A stretch of DNA of 64,000 nucleotides from a virus. Positions within the stretch are counted from its first letter, which is position 1. Each line of letters starts with the position of its first letter. Location of the stretch: IMG/VR virus record IMGVR_UViG_3300017761_003320, positions 64,001-128,000 of that record, one strand, 5' to 3'. The position numbers and the translations under genes are program-made. The notes under the pieces were generated by a model, which saw nothing but the letters and a program-made list of their open reading frames with translations, did not search any database and had not been told where the DNA came from. Shown here in pieces: positions 1 through 7,979 of this stretch.

Positions 1-183
1 TGGCGCGATTGGTTCGCATGGTATCCGATCAAGACCGTTTGCGGTACCAATGTGTGGCTTGAATATGTCGAGCGGCGAATCTCCGAAACTGAATGGGAGG
101 TGCTCCCTTATGTCCCTTATGGTCAAAGACTTCCGGAAGACTTTAACCGTAAGGTCGAATATAGACTAAGGGAGATTGTATGA
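1..183 (+). CDS. Small phage hypothetical protein (5' partial), WFAWYP-motif type
   Basis: Frame 1 open from window start (WRDWFAWYPIKTVCG...) to TGA 181-183, overlapping the next ATG (ATGA). Confidence 0.55.
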   Translation, partial: WRDWFAWYPIKTVCGTNVWLEYVERRISETEWEVLPYVPYGQRLPEDFNRKVEYRLREIV

Positions 184-392
184 GAACCCACTATCGCATA
201 GAAGAAACCGCAGGGTCATATTATTTTCCGTGGGTGAACATCTTCGTCACCTATGACGATGCAAAGCGTGAGATGGATCAGGCTATTCGTTCTGGTCGCG
301 CTAATCCGCAGCGTATTCGCATCGTCAAGTATGTACAGACTGGCTGGGGTCCACCTGAGCGTGTGCCCGTTGATGGAGGACAAGTATCATGA
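180..392 (+). CDS. Hypothetical protein
   Basis: GGAG RBS; ATGA-coupled to neighbours. Confidence 0.6.
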   Translation: MRTHYRIEETAGSYYFPWVNIFVTYDDAKREMDQAIRSGRANPQRIRIVKYVQTGWGPPERVPVDGGQVS

Positions 393-622
393 GCGAGACA
401 AGCCATTTCTATGATAAAACGATTGGACTCTGTAAATATAAGGGAAGGGTATATGAGGTAGTCTCCAAGCAAGGAGATCATCTATGGTATGAAGTTAGCT
501 GTCGTACATACCTGCAGGATAAGCTTGTGATGGAATCTGTCTTTAGCGACTTCCTGAAAGGACAATACTTGTATCTAAGTGGTCAAGACCTCTCTAGGGC
601 CATCAAGCGAGTGTGTAAATGA
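389..622 (+). CDS. Hypothetical protein
   Basis: GGAGG RBS; ATGA overlaps at both ends. Confidence 0.6.
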   Translation: MSETSHFYDKTIGLCKYKGRVYEVVSKQGDHLWYEVSCRTYLQDKLVMESVFSDFLKGQYLYLSGQDLSRAIKRVCK

Positions 623-954
623 GCGGTATGGGTGACATGAAGTTTACGACAGCGGGTGATATGATGGGCTGGGGTCCACCTGATCTACCGGCTCGTCTAG
701 AGTCATGGGCTCAGAACGAGGAGCTGGTGGCTAGCGGCGTTATGACCGCGCATGGTCAAGACTGTATGGATGTAGCTGAGCAATTACGAGCCGCATTGTT
801 TCTAATAGATGAGTATCAAACAGAATTGATTGAATGTCATAACTATATGGATAAGATGCGTGCTGCTCTTCGTGATATGGCCAAGCATATCTGGCGCGGA
901 GATTGGGACAAGCTTGAGCCTGAGACTCGTGCGCTATTGGGAGAAAAGGAATGA
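619..954 (+). CDS. Hypothetical protein (helical/coiled-coil)
   Basis: ATGA-coupled in an operon of small ORFs. Confidence 0.6.
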   Translation: MSGMGDMKFTTAGDMMGWGPPDLPARLESWAQNEELVASGVMTAHGQDCMDVAEQLRAALFLIDEYQTELIECHNYMDKMRAALRDMAKHIWRGDWDKLEPETRALLGEKE

Positions 955-1274
955 CCGATAAGCTACGGCTTCTTATCGAGCAGTTATCCGCAGCATCTGG
1001 TGGCATCGGCTTCGTGCTAGCACAAGAGTGTAAGCAGGCCATGCAAGAGGCTTTGATTGAACACGAGCGGCTACAAGATAAATGCAACGCGCAGGCTATG
1101 ATTCTGCGCCGGCTAACGCCTGACAAGTATCCTAATACGTATTTCATTCATGGTGGATTAGGCGAGAAGGATCAAAACGGTATGCCCGATAAGATTATGG
1201 TCGTGCCAGCCTATGGGGTCGACTTCTCCTACATCTATACCCGTGAAGAAAGGACGATCGGACCTGAATGGTAA
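951..1274 (+). CDS. Hypothetical protein
   Basis: RBS and ATGA overlap with upstream ORF. Confidence 0.6.
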   Translation: MTDKLRLLIEQLSAASGGIGFVLAQECKQAMQEALIEHERLQDKCNAQAMILRRLTPDKYPNTYFIHGGLGEKDQNGMPDKIMVVPAYGVDFSYIYTREERTIGPEW

Positions 1275-1275
1275 T

Positions 1276-2037
1276 ATGACTATAAAGATAGATTGGTTAG
1301 GTAAGATAGGCTACGGCGATATCTGTAGCCCTATCGCATATGCACATAATCTATCTGATAAGCTTGATGAGCATGTGAGACTTGTATTTCATTGGTCACA
1401 TTCACAAGGTGTTAGAACATACTCCGAAGATCCTGAAACCATAGACGATAGGGCTAGTCGCATATTTGAATTGATGCGACCAGCTAATGCGTCATTGAAA
1501 CATGTTTATAATTCATCGATGATATTTGATGAAGATAATCCGCATACCAATTATAAATTTTATTATGACGCTCATAATCACTGGTGGTCGACTGTAACTC
1601 ATAAGTGTACATCGAACCGTATAGTGATATGCCCACCGACTGAAAATATGATTCCGTTTCCTCGAAACAAAGCATGGAAGGATCCGCTCGGTGAAAAGTG
1701 GCTGGCTGTTATTGAACATCTAGATGCGGATGTTGTTTCCTATCGAACACCTATGAACGAGCTGATTCAAAAACTGCTCGGCTGTCGTCTATTCGTGGGA
1801 TATCACGGAAGCTGTGCTTGGGTTGCAAGACATCTTCGAGTCCCGATGGTATTGTTTTCCAAGAATCAGAATATCACTAGAAAAATGTTTTCTGCGAAGG
1901 TTGGTGGTGATATCTCCATTCTATCGGATATTGATCAGCTAGTGCAGGAATGCACCAACAAGGTTCATGAATTTGACTCGGCCCTATTGAAATATTCTTA
2001 TTCCACCGATTTTCTATCGAGCATCATTCATTGTTAA
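1276..2037 (+). CDS. Glycosyltransferase, GT-B/GT9 (heptosyltransferase)-like
   Basis: N-terminal GKIGYGD and C-terminal LFVGYHGSCAWVARHLRVPMV resemble GT9 motifs; start moved to ATG 1276, just after the upstream stop. Confidence 0.55.
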   Translation: MTIKIDWLGKIGYGDICSPIAYAHNLSDKLDEHVRLVFHWSHSQGVRTYSEDPETIDDRASRIFELMRPANASLKHVYNSSMIFDEDNPHTNYKFYYDAHNHWWSTVTHKCTSNRIVICPPTENMIPFPRNKAWKDPLGEKWLAVIEHLDADVVSYRTPMNELIQKLLGCRLFVGYHGSCAWVARHLRVPMVLFSKNQNITRKMFSAKVGGDISILSDIDQLVQECTNKVHEFDSALLKYSYSTDFLSSIIHC

Positions 2038-2675
2038 AAGTTTTCATAGGCTATGATTCCACAGAATCAATTGCATGGGATGTATGTCGATATTCGATTC
2101 TGCATAATTCTCCGCATGGATCTGTCGAGGTGCATCGTCTAATCGGATCACCAGACGGATGGAAACGCATATCATCCGAAGGCCAGTCTACAGAGTTTAC
2201 CTATTCTCGTTTTCTTGTTCCATACCTTAGCGGATATGAAGGAACAAGTTTATTCGTCGATTGTGACTTTCTGTTTCTAGATGACGTCAACCTGCTATCG
2301 AGTTATCTGACAGGCTCGGCCGTAGCCTGCTGCCAGCATCCTGACTATGTTCCACGTTCTATAAGCAAGATGGATGGGCAGACTCAAGTTGGATATCCGC
2401 GTAAGAATTGGTCATCGCTCATGTTGTTTGATAATGCTAAGTGTCGAGTGCTGACTCCAGATTATGTTGCTAAGGCTTCGGCCAAGGAATTGCATCGTAT
2501 GGAGTGGACCGAGTCTGTTGATAGCATACCGCTAGAGTGGAATACACTAGAAGGTTATTATCACTTTGAAAATCCGCGAGCTGTGCATTATACTGATGGT
2601 GGACCATGGCACCAGACATATACAGAAAATCGCTATACAAAACTGTGGTTGGATTATTATAAAAATCTAAAATAA
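2031..2675 (+). CDS. Glycosyltransferase, GT-A (GT8/CDI-like)
   Basis: KVFIGYD, STEFTYSRFLVP, DCD (DxD), YPRKNWSS and HYTDGGPW motifs. Confidence 0.8.
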   Translation: MLKVFIGYDSTESIAWDVCRYSILHNSPHGSVEVHRLIGSPDGWKRISSEGQSTEFTYSRFLVPYLSGYEGTSLFVDCDFLFLDDVNLLSSYLTGSAVACCQHPDYVPRSISKMDGQTQVGYPRKNWSSLMLFDNAKCRVLTPDYVAKASAKELHRMEWTESVDSIPLEWNTLEGYYHFENPRAVHYTDGGPWHQTYTENRYTKLWLDYYKNLK

Positions 2676-2697
2676 AAGTACGTGGCCACGTACTTTT
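2674..2697. terminator. Perfect 24-bp palindrome; probable bidirectional terminator or operator
   Basis: AAAAGTACGTGG|CCACGTACTTTT with a following T-run, between the GT and DUF262 genes. Confidence 0.55.
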
Positions 2698-2784
2698 TAC
2701 AAAATACATTATAAATGAGTGTAGATGCTTAGGCCTCAGCAATAATGCTCGTACCCTTTATAGCATCTACATTGGAGAATAATT

Positions 2785-4302
2785 ATGTTAGATACAACTG
2801 AAGTAGATAATGCACCCACGATAAGATCGCGATTCAAGTGGAGTAAGCCTATAGAAATCACGCTTCGCCAATTTCTACAGACATATATTTTCGTCAATAC
2901 GAATAACAATCCTCCCTGGCAACGCGATGATCTAGTAGCAAATCCAAATGGCACTTCTAAAAATCCCTCAAAATATCAGGCAATAATTCAGTCTATTTTT
3001 ATTCCGATGGACATTGGTCTAATTCGTTTGATATCAAATAAAGGCCAAGGATCAAGGTATGATTATGAAACCATGGATGGTGCACATCGTATTAGAGCAA
3101 TAGAAAAATTTCGTAAGGGTGAATTTAAGATTCACAAAAATTGCCCTATCGTAGAGTTGCGAGAAAAGTATTATGCTGATTTGACGGATGATTGGAAACA
3201 GATGTTTGATGAATATCCGATTCAGCTAGTCATATATTATGGTATGTCATCAAAGCAAAAGGGTGAGCAATTCCGCATCGCAAATGCTGGTGATCCTGTA
3301 AGCCCGATGGGTAAGCTAAACACATATCATCCTAACGTGGTTGGTGATATTGTTCGCGCTGTAGTACACCAAGCAAAGCTATTTGAGATTTTACAAAAAT
3401 CTACAAATAACGGAATTAAGAATGATAAAAGCACATACTTAAAGTTTGCAAATAAAAATATGTGCTACCATGAAATTGTCGCTCGTATTTTGTGCATGGT
3501 ATGGCATGGTGATCGGCAGATTCCTAAGAAGGCGTATTGCGGCGCTATTGGTTCATGTGATCACGGCGATAACGGTATGCTTGTTAAGATGTATGAAGAT
3601 GCTGACATCGGTAAGATTACCGAGAACGATATCGCGCGTATGTATAAAAAGATGATGCTATGTCTAGACTTTTTAGCAGAGATTGCAGATGCGCGTCGGC
3701 AGCTAAAGAAAAATGAGGGTTTGACTTCATATGAGGTGACACTTCTCAGTCGGTGGTACATGCACTACACAAATTATCATGGACCGTTCAAGTTGAATGA
3801 CTCTGTAAAATTTTATGAATCTTTTTACAAGTCGCTACTCAATTTCATCGGTAGTGATAATGATAAGCTTATTAAAGGATATCATGATGGCCGCTTAATA
3901 TCAGATAAGAAAGGTGCATTTGTCGGAATGTTGAGTGAGTGGAAGGTCAAGGATGACATGGTGCGCCCTGTCCTTTGGCTTATCAATGAAGGCAAATTTG
4001 ATCCTGAAGCTGAAGGTTCTATTACAGTTCTTGATAGAAAGCGGTGTTTCTCTCGTACACAAATTGAGGAGAGGCTTGCACACCAAGGTTATACTTGTGC
4101 AATCAGCGGCGAAAAGCTTTCGGCCGAAGATGCTAGGGGTGCACATATCGAACCATGGAGCGAAGGTGGTAAAACTGACCAAGATAATTTCATGGTTGTT
4201 CACCATGCTCATAATGCAAAGATGTCTACGATGAACGCATTAGAATATAAAAAGATGTGGCTTTCTAAAAATCCATCTAAGGAAAAACTTTCAATAGATT
4301 AA
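2785..4302 (+). CDS. DUF262 (ParB-like/GmrS) + C-terminal HNH nuclease, GmrSD-like
   Basis: PPWQR, MDGAHR (DGQQR-type) and FRIANAG motifs; C-terminal GAHIEPWSEGGKT..N...HHAHN HNH motif. Confidence 0.75.
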   Translation: MLDTTEVDNAPTIRSRFKWSKPIEITLRQFLQTYIFVNTNNNPPWQRDDLVANPNGTSKNPSKYQAIIQSIFIPMDIGLIRLISNKGQGSRYDYETMDGAHRIRAIEKFRKGEFKIHKNCPIVELREKYYADLTDDWKQMFDEYPIQLVIYYGMSSKQKGEQFRIANAGDPVSPMGKLNTYHPNVVGDIVRAVVHQAKLFEILQKSTNNGIKNDKSTYLKFANKNMCYHEIVARILCMVWHGDRQIPKKAYCGAIGSCDHGDNGMLVKMYEDADIGKITENDIARMYKKMMLCLDFLAEIADARRQLKKNEGLTSYEVTLLSRWYMHYTNYHGPFKLNDSVKFYESFYKSLLNFIGSDNDKLIKGYHDGRLISDKKGAFVGMLSEWKVKDDMVRPVLWLINEGKFDPEAEGSITVLDRKRCFSRTQIEERLAHQGYTCAISGEKLSAEDARGAHIEPWSEGGKTDQDNFMVVHHAHNAKMSTMNALEYKKMWLSKNPSKEKLSID

Positions 4303-4328
4303 AAGCCAAACTTTAATCTAAATTACCA

Positions 4329-4357
4329 TGTACACCACATTCATTGCATGATATAAT
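4329..4357 (+). promoter_or_regulatory. Sigma70-type early promoter (TGTACA-17-TATAAT, extended -10)
   Basis: Same motif recurs at 10681, 11642, 12017 and 14066. Confidence 0.7.
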
Positions 4358-4363
4358 ATATGC

Positions 4364-4627
4364 ATGAATGTGGTGAATAAGCACGCGACCGACCGCGATA
4401 TCGAACTTTTGTTCGGGCCGTTCGAGCCGCACGAGAAAGTGACTCGCATCGATTCCGATGAGCTGTCTTTCGAGGACATAGCCGTCGCCGTTGGTGCTTG
4501 GCCTTCTCGCGGGCAGGCGAGGAAGAACGGTTGGTCTGGTCGCGTGCCTACCCGCTTTGGAAATCGCAAGCTTGGTAAACGTGTAATATGGTGGCTTGAG
4601 GCTATACCAGAAAAGGAAACCCAATGA
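4364..4627 (+). CDS. Small protein with an S4-like RNA-binding motif; probably leaderless
   Basis: DIAVAVGAWPSRGQARK...KLGKR resembles the S4/TyrRS C-terminal pattern; ATG starts 7 nt after the -10. Confidence 0.5.
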   Translation: MNVVNKHATDRDIELLFGPFEPHEKVTRIDSDELSFEDIAVAVGAWPSRGQARKNGWSGRVPTRFGNRKLGKRVIWWLEAIPEKETQ

Positions 4628-4836
4628 TAGATCCACGTAAGCAAGAAATCTTAGACATGTTGGAGAAGCTTTGTATCGAGTCCGATATGGATGAAGATAG
4701 CCAGTTTCAGATGGTCATGGGCATCATAGCCCTTGAGGAATTAGCCATCGGGCGGGGGCGACTAATCGAACGTGGCGAATTGCCAGATGAAACTGTGCTA
4801 CCGATATCCGAACGAATTGGTATGACTCTACACTAA
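4624..4836 (+). CDS. Hypothetical protein
   Basis: AAGGA RBS; ATGA overlap. Confidence 0.6.
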   Translation: MIDPRKQEILDMLEKLCIESDMDEDSQFQMVMGIIALEELAIGRGRLIERGELPDETVLPISERIGMTLH

Positions 4837-4843
4837 CTTGCCA

Positions 4844-4872
4844 TTGACAGCTATCCTGCTATATGGTATAAT
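4844..4872 (+). promoter_or_regulatory. Consensus sigma70 promoter
   Basis: TTGACA-17-TATAAT with TGn extension. Confidence 0.8.
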
Positions 4873-4895
4873 GGTTGCATCATAAGGAGATTGAC

Positions 4896-5180
4896 ATGAA
4901 GCTAGAAATTGACTCTGAAGTTGCTGGTGCTATTGTCGTTGCTAGCCTACGCGAGTCATATGAGGATATCTGGCAAGAGATCCAGGATCTCATTGACAGG
5001 GATGACCTGATGCCTCACCAAGAGCAAGACCTCCTGGACTGTCGGCGCAACCTGGCCGCGGTTCGTACCGTGCTAGCATATTACACGCCGCATTCCGAGC
5101 ATCAGGAATATATGGCGCGCTTCTATAATCTGGTTCGCGATGATGAGGCTGAGGATTATCGCAATGCGTACGATGAATAA
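4896..5180 (+). CDS. Hypothetical protein
   Basis: AAGGAG RBS before ATG 4896. Confidence 0.65.
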   Translation: MKLEIDSEVAGAIVVASLRESYEDIWQEIQDLIDRDDLMPHQEQDLLDCRRNLAAVRTVLAYYTPHSEHQEYMARFYNLVRDDEAEDYRNAYDE

Positions 5181-5379
5181 ATTCTTGCCTTACCTTCTTG
5201 CAGTGGCTTTCTTCGTGACCTTTCCAATGACCCTAGCCGTCACTTCTTGGTGGCTCAGTTTCATCTTTGGTCATGACGTCGGATTCTGGGCTGCACTGTT
5301 TGTAGTCATGTTGACTGTGACTGTGGCCGCACTTGGTTATGAGTTCATGTCTTTGAAAGAAGAGGAAAAGAAGCAGTGA
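5173..5379 (+). CDS. Small two-TM membrane protein
   Basis: Two hydrophobic segments and a charged C-tail. Confidence 0.6.
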   Translation: MNKFLPYLLAVAFFVTFPMTLAVTSWWLSFIFGHDVGFWAALFVVMLTVTVAALGYEFMSLKEEEKKQ

Positions 5380-5774
5380 CCGAACTCTCGCCTGAGATTC
5401 AGGAGCTGGTTGACAAATGTGATCCTGATACCAAGCTGGCTGTTACTGCTTGGGTCATCAGCAAGATTGATGATTTTGGTCGTGATCCAGGTTCATTTCG
5501 TCATCTGATCTATACCTTGATGGGATTTGGTCCTGAAGCTTATATGCCGATATATTTTGCTGGTGGTATGAATATCACTAATGAATTGGACTATTCTCGG
5601 TCTGAGTCTCTAGCCCAGGTCCTACAGGAAGAGGGTATTGATAACCCTAAGGTCAAGGCCTTCGCCGGTCTATGTGACGAGCCAGATTGCTATGATTCAG
5701 TATGTTGCGGTACGCCGACTCCTGATGGTTATCGCAATACATGTTATGAACACAAACCAGATAAGGGCCCGTAA
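5376..5774 (+). CDS. Hypothetical protein with Cys/His-rich C-terminus
   Basis: CDEPDC...CC...CYEH; last codons overlap tRNA-Leu. Confidence 0.6.
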   Translation: MTELSPEIQELVDKCDPDTKLAVTAWVISKIDDFGRDPGSFRHLIYTLMGFGPEAYMPIYFAGGMNITNELDYSRSESLAQVLQEEGIDNPKVKAFAGLCDEPDCYDSVCCGTPTPDGYRNTCYEHKPDKGP

Positions 5775-5841
5775 CCCAACCGGCAGAGGTAGAGGACTTA
5801 AAATCCTTTCAGTGTCGGTTCGAATCCGACCGGGCCTACCA
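5765..5841 (+). tRNA. tRNA-Leu(TAA), short variable loop
   Basis: Acceptor GGGCCCG/CGGGCCT; anticodon loop CTTAAAA; TTCGAAT T-loop; A73 and CCA. Confidence 0.85.
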
Positions 5842-5847
5842 AAGTTC

Positions 5848-5919
5848 GAGCCCGTAGCTCAGCGGTAGAGCACGTGACTTTTAATCATGTGGTCGTGGGT
5901 TCAAATCCCACCGGGCTCT
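5848..5919 (+). tRNA. tRNA-Lys(TTT), no encoded CCA
   Basis: GAGCCCG/CGGGCTC acceptor; CGTGA-CTTTTAA-TCATG anticodon arm. Confidence 0.88.
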
Positions 5920-5922
5920 TTT

Positions 5923-5999
5923 GGACCTGTAGCTCAGTTGGTCAGAGCGGGCCGCTCATAACGGCTTGGTCGTAGGTTCGAGTCCTACCGGGTCCACCA
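5923..5999 (+). tRNA. tRNA(CAT), probably Ile2 (lysidine type)
   Basis: GGCCG-CTCATAA-CGGCT arm; C4-G69/C5-G68 TilS-type pairs; CCA. Met-elongator not excluded. Confidence 0.85.
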
Positions 6000-6011
6000 T
6001 ACATAATAATA

Positions 6012-6087
6012 GACTCCGTAGCTCAGTGGATAGAGCAACAGACTTCTAATCTGTGGGTCGCACGTTCAAGTCGTGCCGGGGTCGCCA
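6012..6087 (+). tRNA. tRNA-Arg(TCT)
   Basis: ACAGA-CTTCTAA-TCTGT arm; CCA end. Confidence 0.92.
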
Positions 6088-6108
6088 AATTGATTTGAGG
6101 AGAAAAAT

Positions 6109-7062
6109 GTGATTGATCGTAGAAATATGCTAATTGGATGTGCTGCTCTAACTGCATCTGCATCGGCCAATGCAAATCAAAACGAACTTAGTTTGATTGT
6201 TGGATCCGGTATTGGTGGATCTTCTGACGTATCAACTAGAATACTTGCGGCCCGGTTATCTACAGTCGGTATTGATGCAAGGGTTTCAAATAGACCAGCA
6301 GGTAATGGTGTTGAGGCTGCAATTCATATTCTATCGCAGCCCGCTAATAGTAATGCTTTATTATCTAACGGGCTTGGTGGAATTTTCTTAGCACCTGCTA
6401 GAGAGCGTCTTGCCTATGATAGTGATAGTCTTGCTCCAGTATGTATGTTTAGCATTGCATCTTTCGTATTTGCAGTCAAATCATCCTCTAGGTTTAAAAC
6501 GATTCATGATTTAATTGCGGCAGGAAAATCTGGCTCGATATCCATAGGTAATGGTGGCGCTGAGACACAATATACTGTAGCAAAATTTGCTGAGGCTTCA
6601 GGAACAAATGTTGTCAATGCAGTTTATAGAAGTGGTGGTATTGCAACACAGGATTTGATTGCGGGTGTGACTGATGCTGCATATATCTCCGTCGCATCAG
6701 CCGCCGGTCTTGTCTCTGCTGGTGAGGTAAGAATGTTGGCACATACTAATGTTGATGGTTCACATATTCCTGGATTTACTGAAGTGCCTCATATATTTAC
6801 GATTGGATCTAATGATCCTGGACTCTTATCTTATGGTTATCATGGCCTATATGCATCGCGTAACATGCCATCAACATTGATTAACGATATTGCTTCTAAG
6901 ATTGACCGTGTATGTCGAGATGATAAATTTATTGATGATCATAAGACTAGAGGTATGATGCCATTATTTAAAGGGCCGAATGATCTTAAAGAACATCATA
7001 AGATTATTCAAAATAATTTGGTTATTCCTTATATGGAATGGGCAAGGAGAACTTCAAAATGA
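6109..7062 (+). CDS. Tripartite tricarboxylate transporter substrate-binding protein (Bug/TctC family) with Tat signal
   Basis: DRRNML twin-Arg signal with AxA site; LIVGSGIGGSSDVSTR, NRPAGNG and YRSGGIATQDLIAGVTD match Bug family patterns. Confidence 0.8.
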   Translation: MIDRRNMLIGCAALTASASANANQNELSLIVGSGIGGSSDVSTRILAARLSTVGIDARVSNRPAGNGVEAAIHILSQPANSNALLSNGLGGIFLAPARERLAYDSDSLAPVCMFSIASFVFAVKSSSRFKTIHDLIAAGKSGSISIGNGGAETQYTVAKFAEASGTNVVNAVYRSGGIATQDLIAGVTDAAYISVASAAGLVSAGEVRMLAHTNVDGSHIPGFTEVPHIFTIGSNDPGLLSYGYHGLYASRNMPSTLINDIASKIDRVCRDDKFIDDHKTRGMMPLFKGPNDLKEHHKIIQNNLVIPYMEWARRTSK

Positions 7063-7301
7063 TAAATGATTTAAGAATAGTTCAAGACCATGGTTGGATT
7101 CAACAACCCGACGGTACGTTGGCTTGGGGCCCAACTAGATTTTGGATGGAATCTTTGGGTGATGATGGTCAATGGACTCAGCTTAAGGTTCATATGATTA
7201 ATGAACAACCTAATCCAGCAGATCCTCTTTATGAGCCATCTGATAATGGTCTAGGTTCTGAGGAGACTCTCGCGCATCGCACGAGAATGACTCTATCATA
7301 A
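7059..7301 (+). CDS. Hypothetical protein
   Basis: AAGGAG RBS; ATGA overlap with TctC stop. Confidence 0.6.
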   Translation: MINDLRIVQDHGWIQQPDGTLAWGPTRFWMESLGDDGQWTQLKVHMINEQPNPADPLYEPSDNGLGSEETLAHRTRMTLS

Positions 7302-7307
7302 TAGTTA

Positions 7308-7398
7308 CGGCGTGAGGGCTGGTGCTCACCAGGAGCTTATACCTCCTTAGGCAGCTGATTACTGTTGGGATAGGGTTCGATTCCCTACGCGCCGACCA
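7308..7398 (+). tRNA. Non-canonical tRNA with TAT anticodon (Ile, AUA-reading) and long variable arm
   Basis: Acceptor CGGCGTG/CGCGCCG; AGGAG-CTTATAC-CTCCT arm; TAGGG-TTCGATT-CCCTA T-arm; ACCA end; about 23-nt variable region. Confidence 0.75.
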
Positions 7399-7402
7399 AT
7401 TT

Positions 7403-7476
7403 GCGGGGTTCGTATAATGGCATTATCACAGCCTTCCAAGCTGAGGACACGAGTTCGATTCTCGTACCCCGCTCCA
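7403..7476 (+). tRNA. tRNA-Gly(TCC)
   Basis: GCGGGGT/ACCCCGC acceptor; CTTCCAA loop; U73 and CCA. Confidence 0.92.
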
Positions 7477-7618
7477 CCTCTTTCGGAACAACCAGAATTC
7501 CGAAAGCATTTTTGGGAATGGTTTGATTCACTACCGGCTAAGACTAGAAAGACATTTCACGAATATCCGTTAGATATGGCCACACTCTATTTTGAAAATA
7601 AGGTATGGCCCTTAGTGC

Positions 7619-7707
7619 GGGGAAGCTGCTCGGATGGCGGACGGGCACCGGACTGTAAATCCGGCACATAAGAAACGCAGTAGGTTCGAATCCTACCTTC
7701 CCCACCA
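7619..7707 (+). tRNA. tRNA-Tyr(GTA)
   Basis: GGGGAAG/CTTCCCC acceptor; CCGGA-CTGTAAA-TCCGG arm; longer variable region; CCA. Confidence 0.9.
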
Positions 7708-7718
7708 TATATAAGATT

Positions 7719-7979
7719 ATGACATATTCTCATGAAATGCTTCGCACCATAGCTCGTTGCATGTTCATAACACCCCTGAATCATATTCATGCCGGTTATG
7801 ATTGGCCTGCAAAGCAGAGAGAATGGGAATCTCTATCAAATAAAGATAGACAGATTTGGTTTGATAAAGTTATAGTTTGGTTGCAAGAATTAGAATCTAA
7901 AATGCCTGATTCTTATGATTTCTATATCAATCATTGGATAGCAGATTTAGATAATAGAAATCATCTTTTTAGTGAATAA
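7719..7979 (+). CDS. Hypothetical protein
   Basis: Open frame filling the gap between tRNA-Tyr and the convergent ATP-grasp gene. Confidence 0.55.
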   Translation: MTYSHEMLRTIARCMFITPLNHIHAGYDWPAKQREWESLSNKDRQIWFDKVIVWLQELESKMPDSYDFYINHWIADLDNRNHLFSE

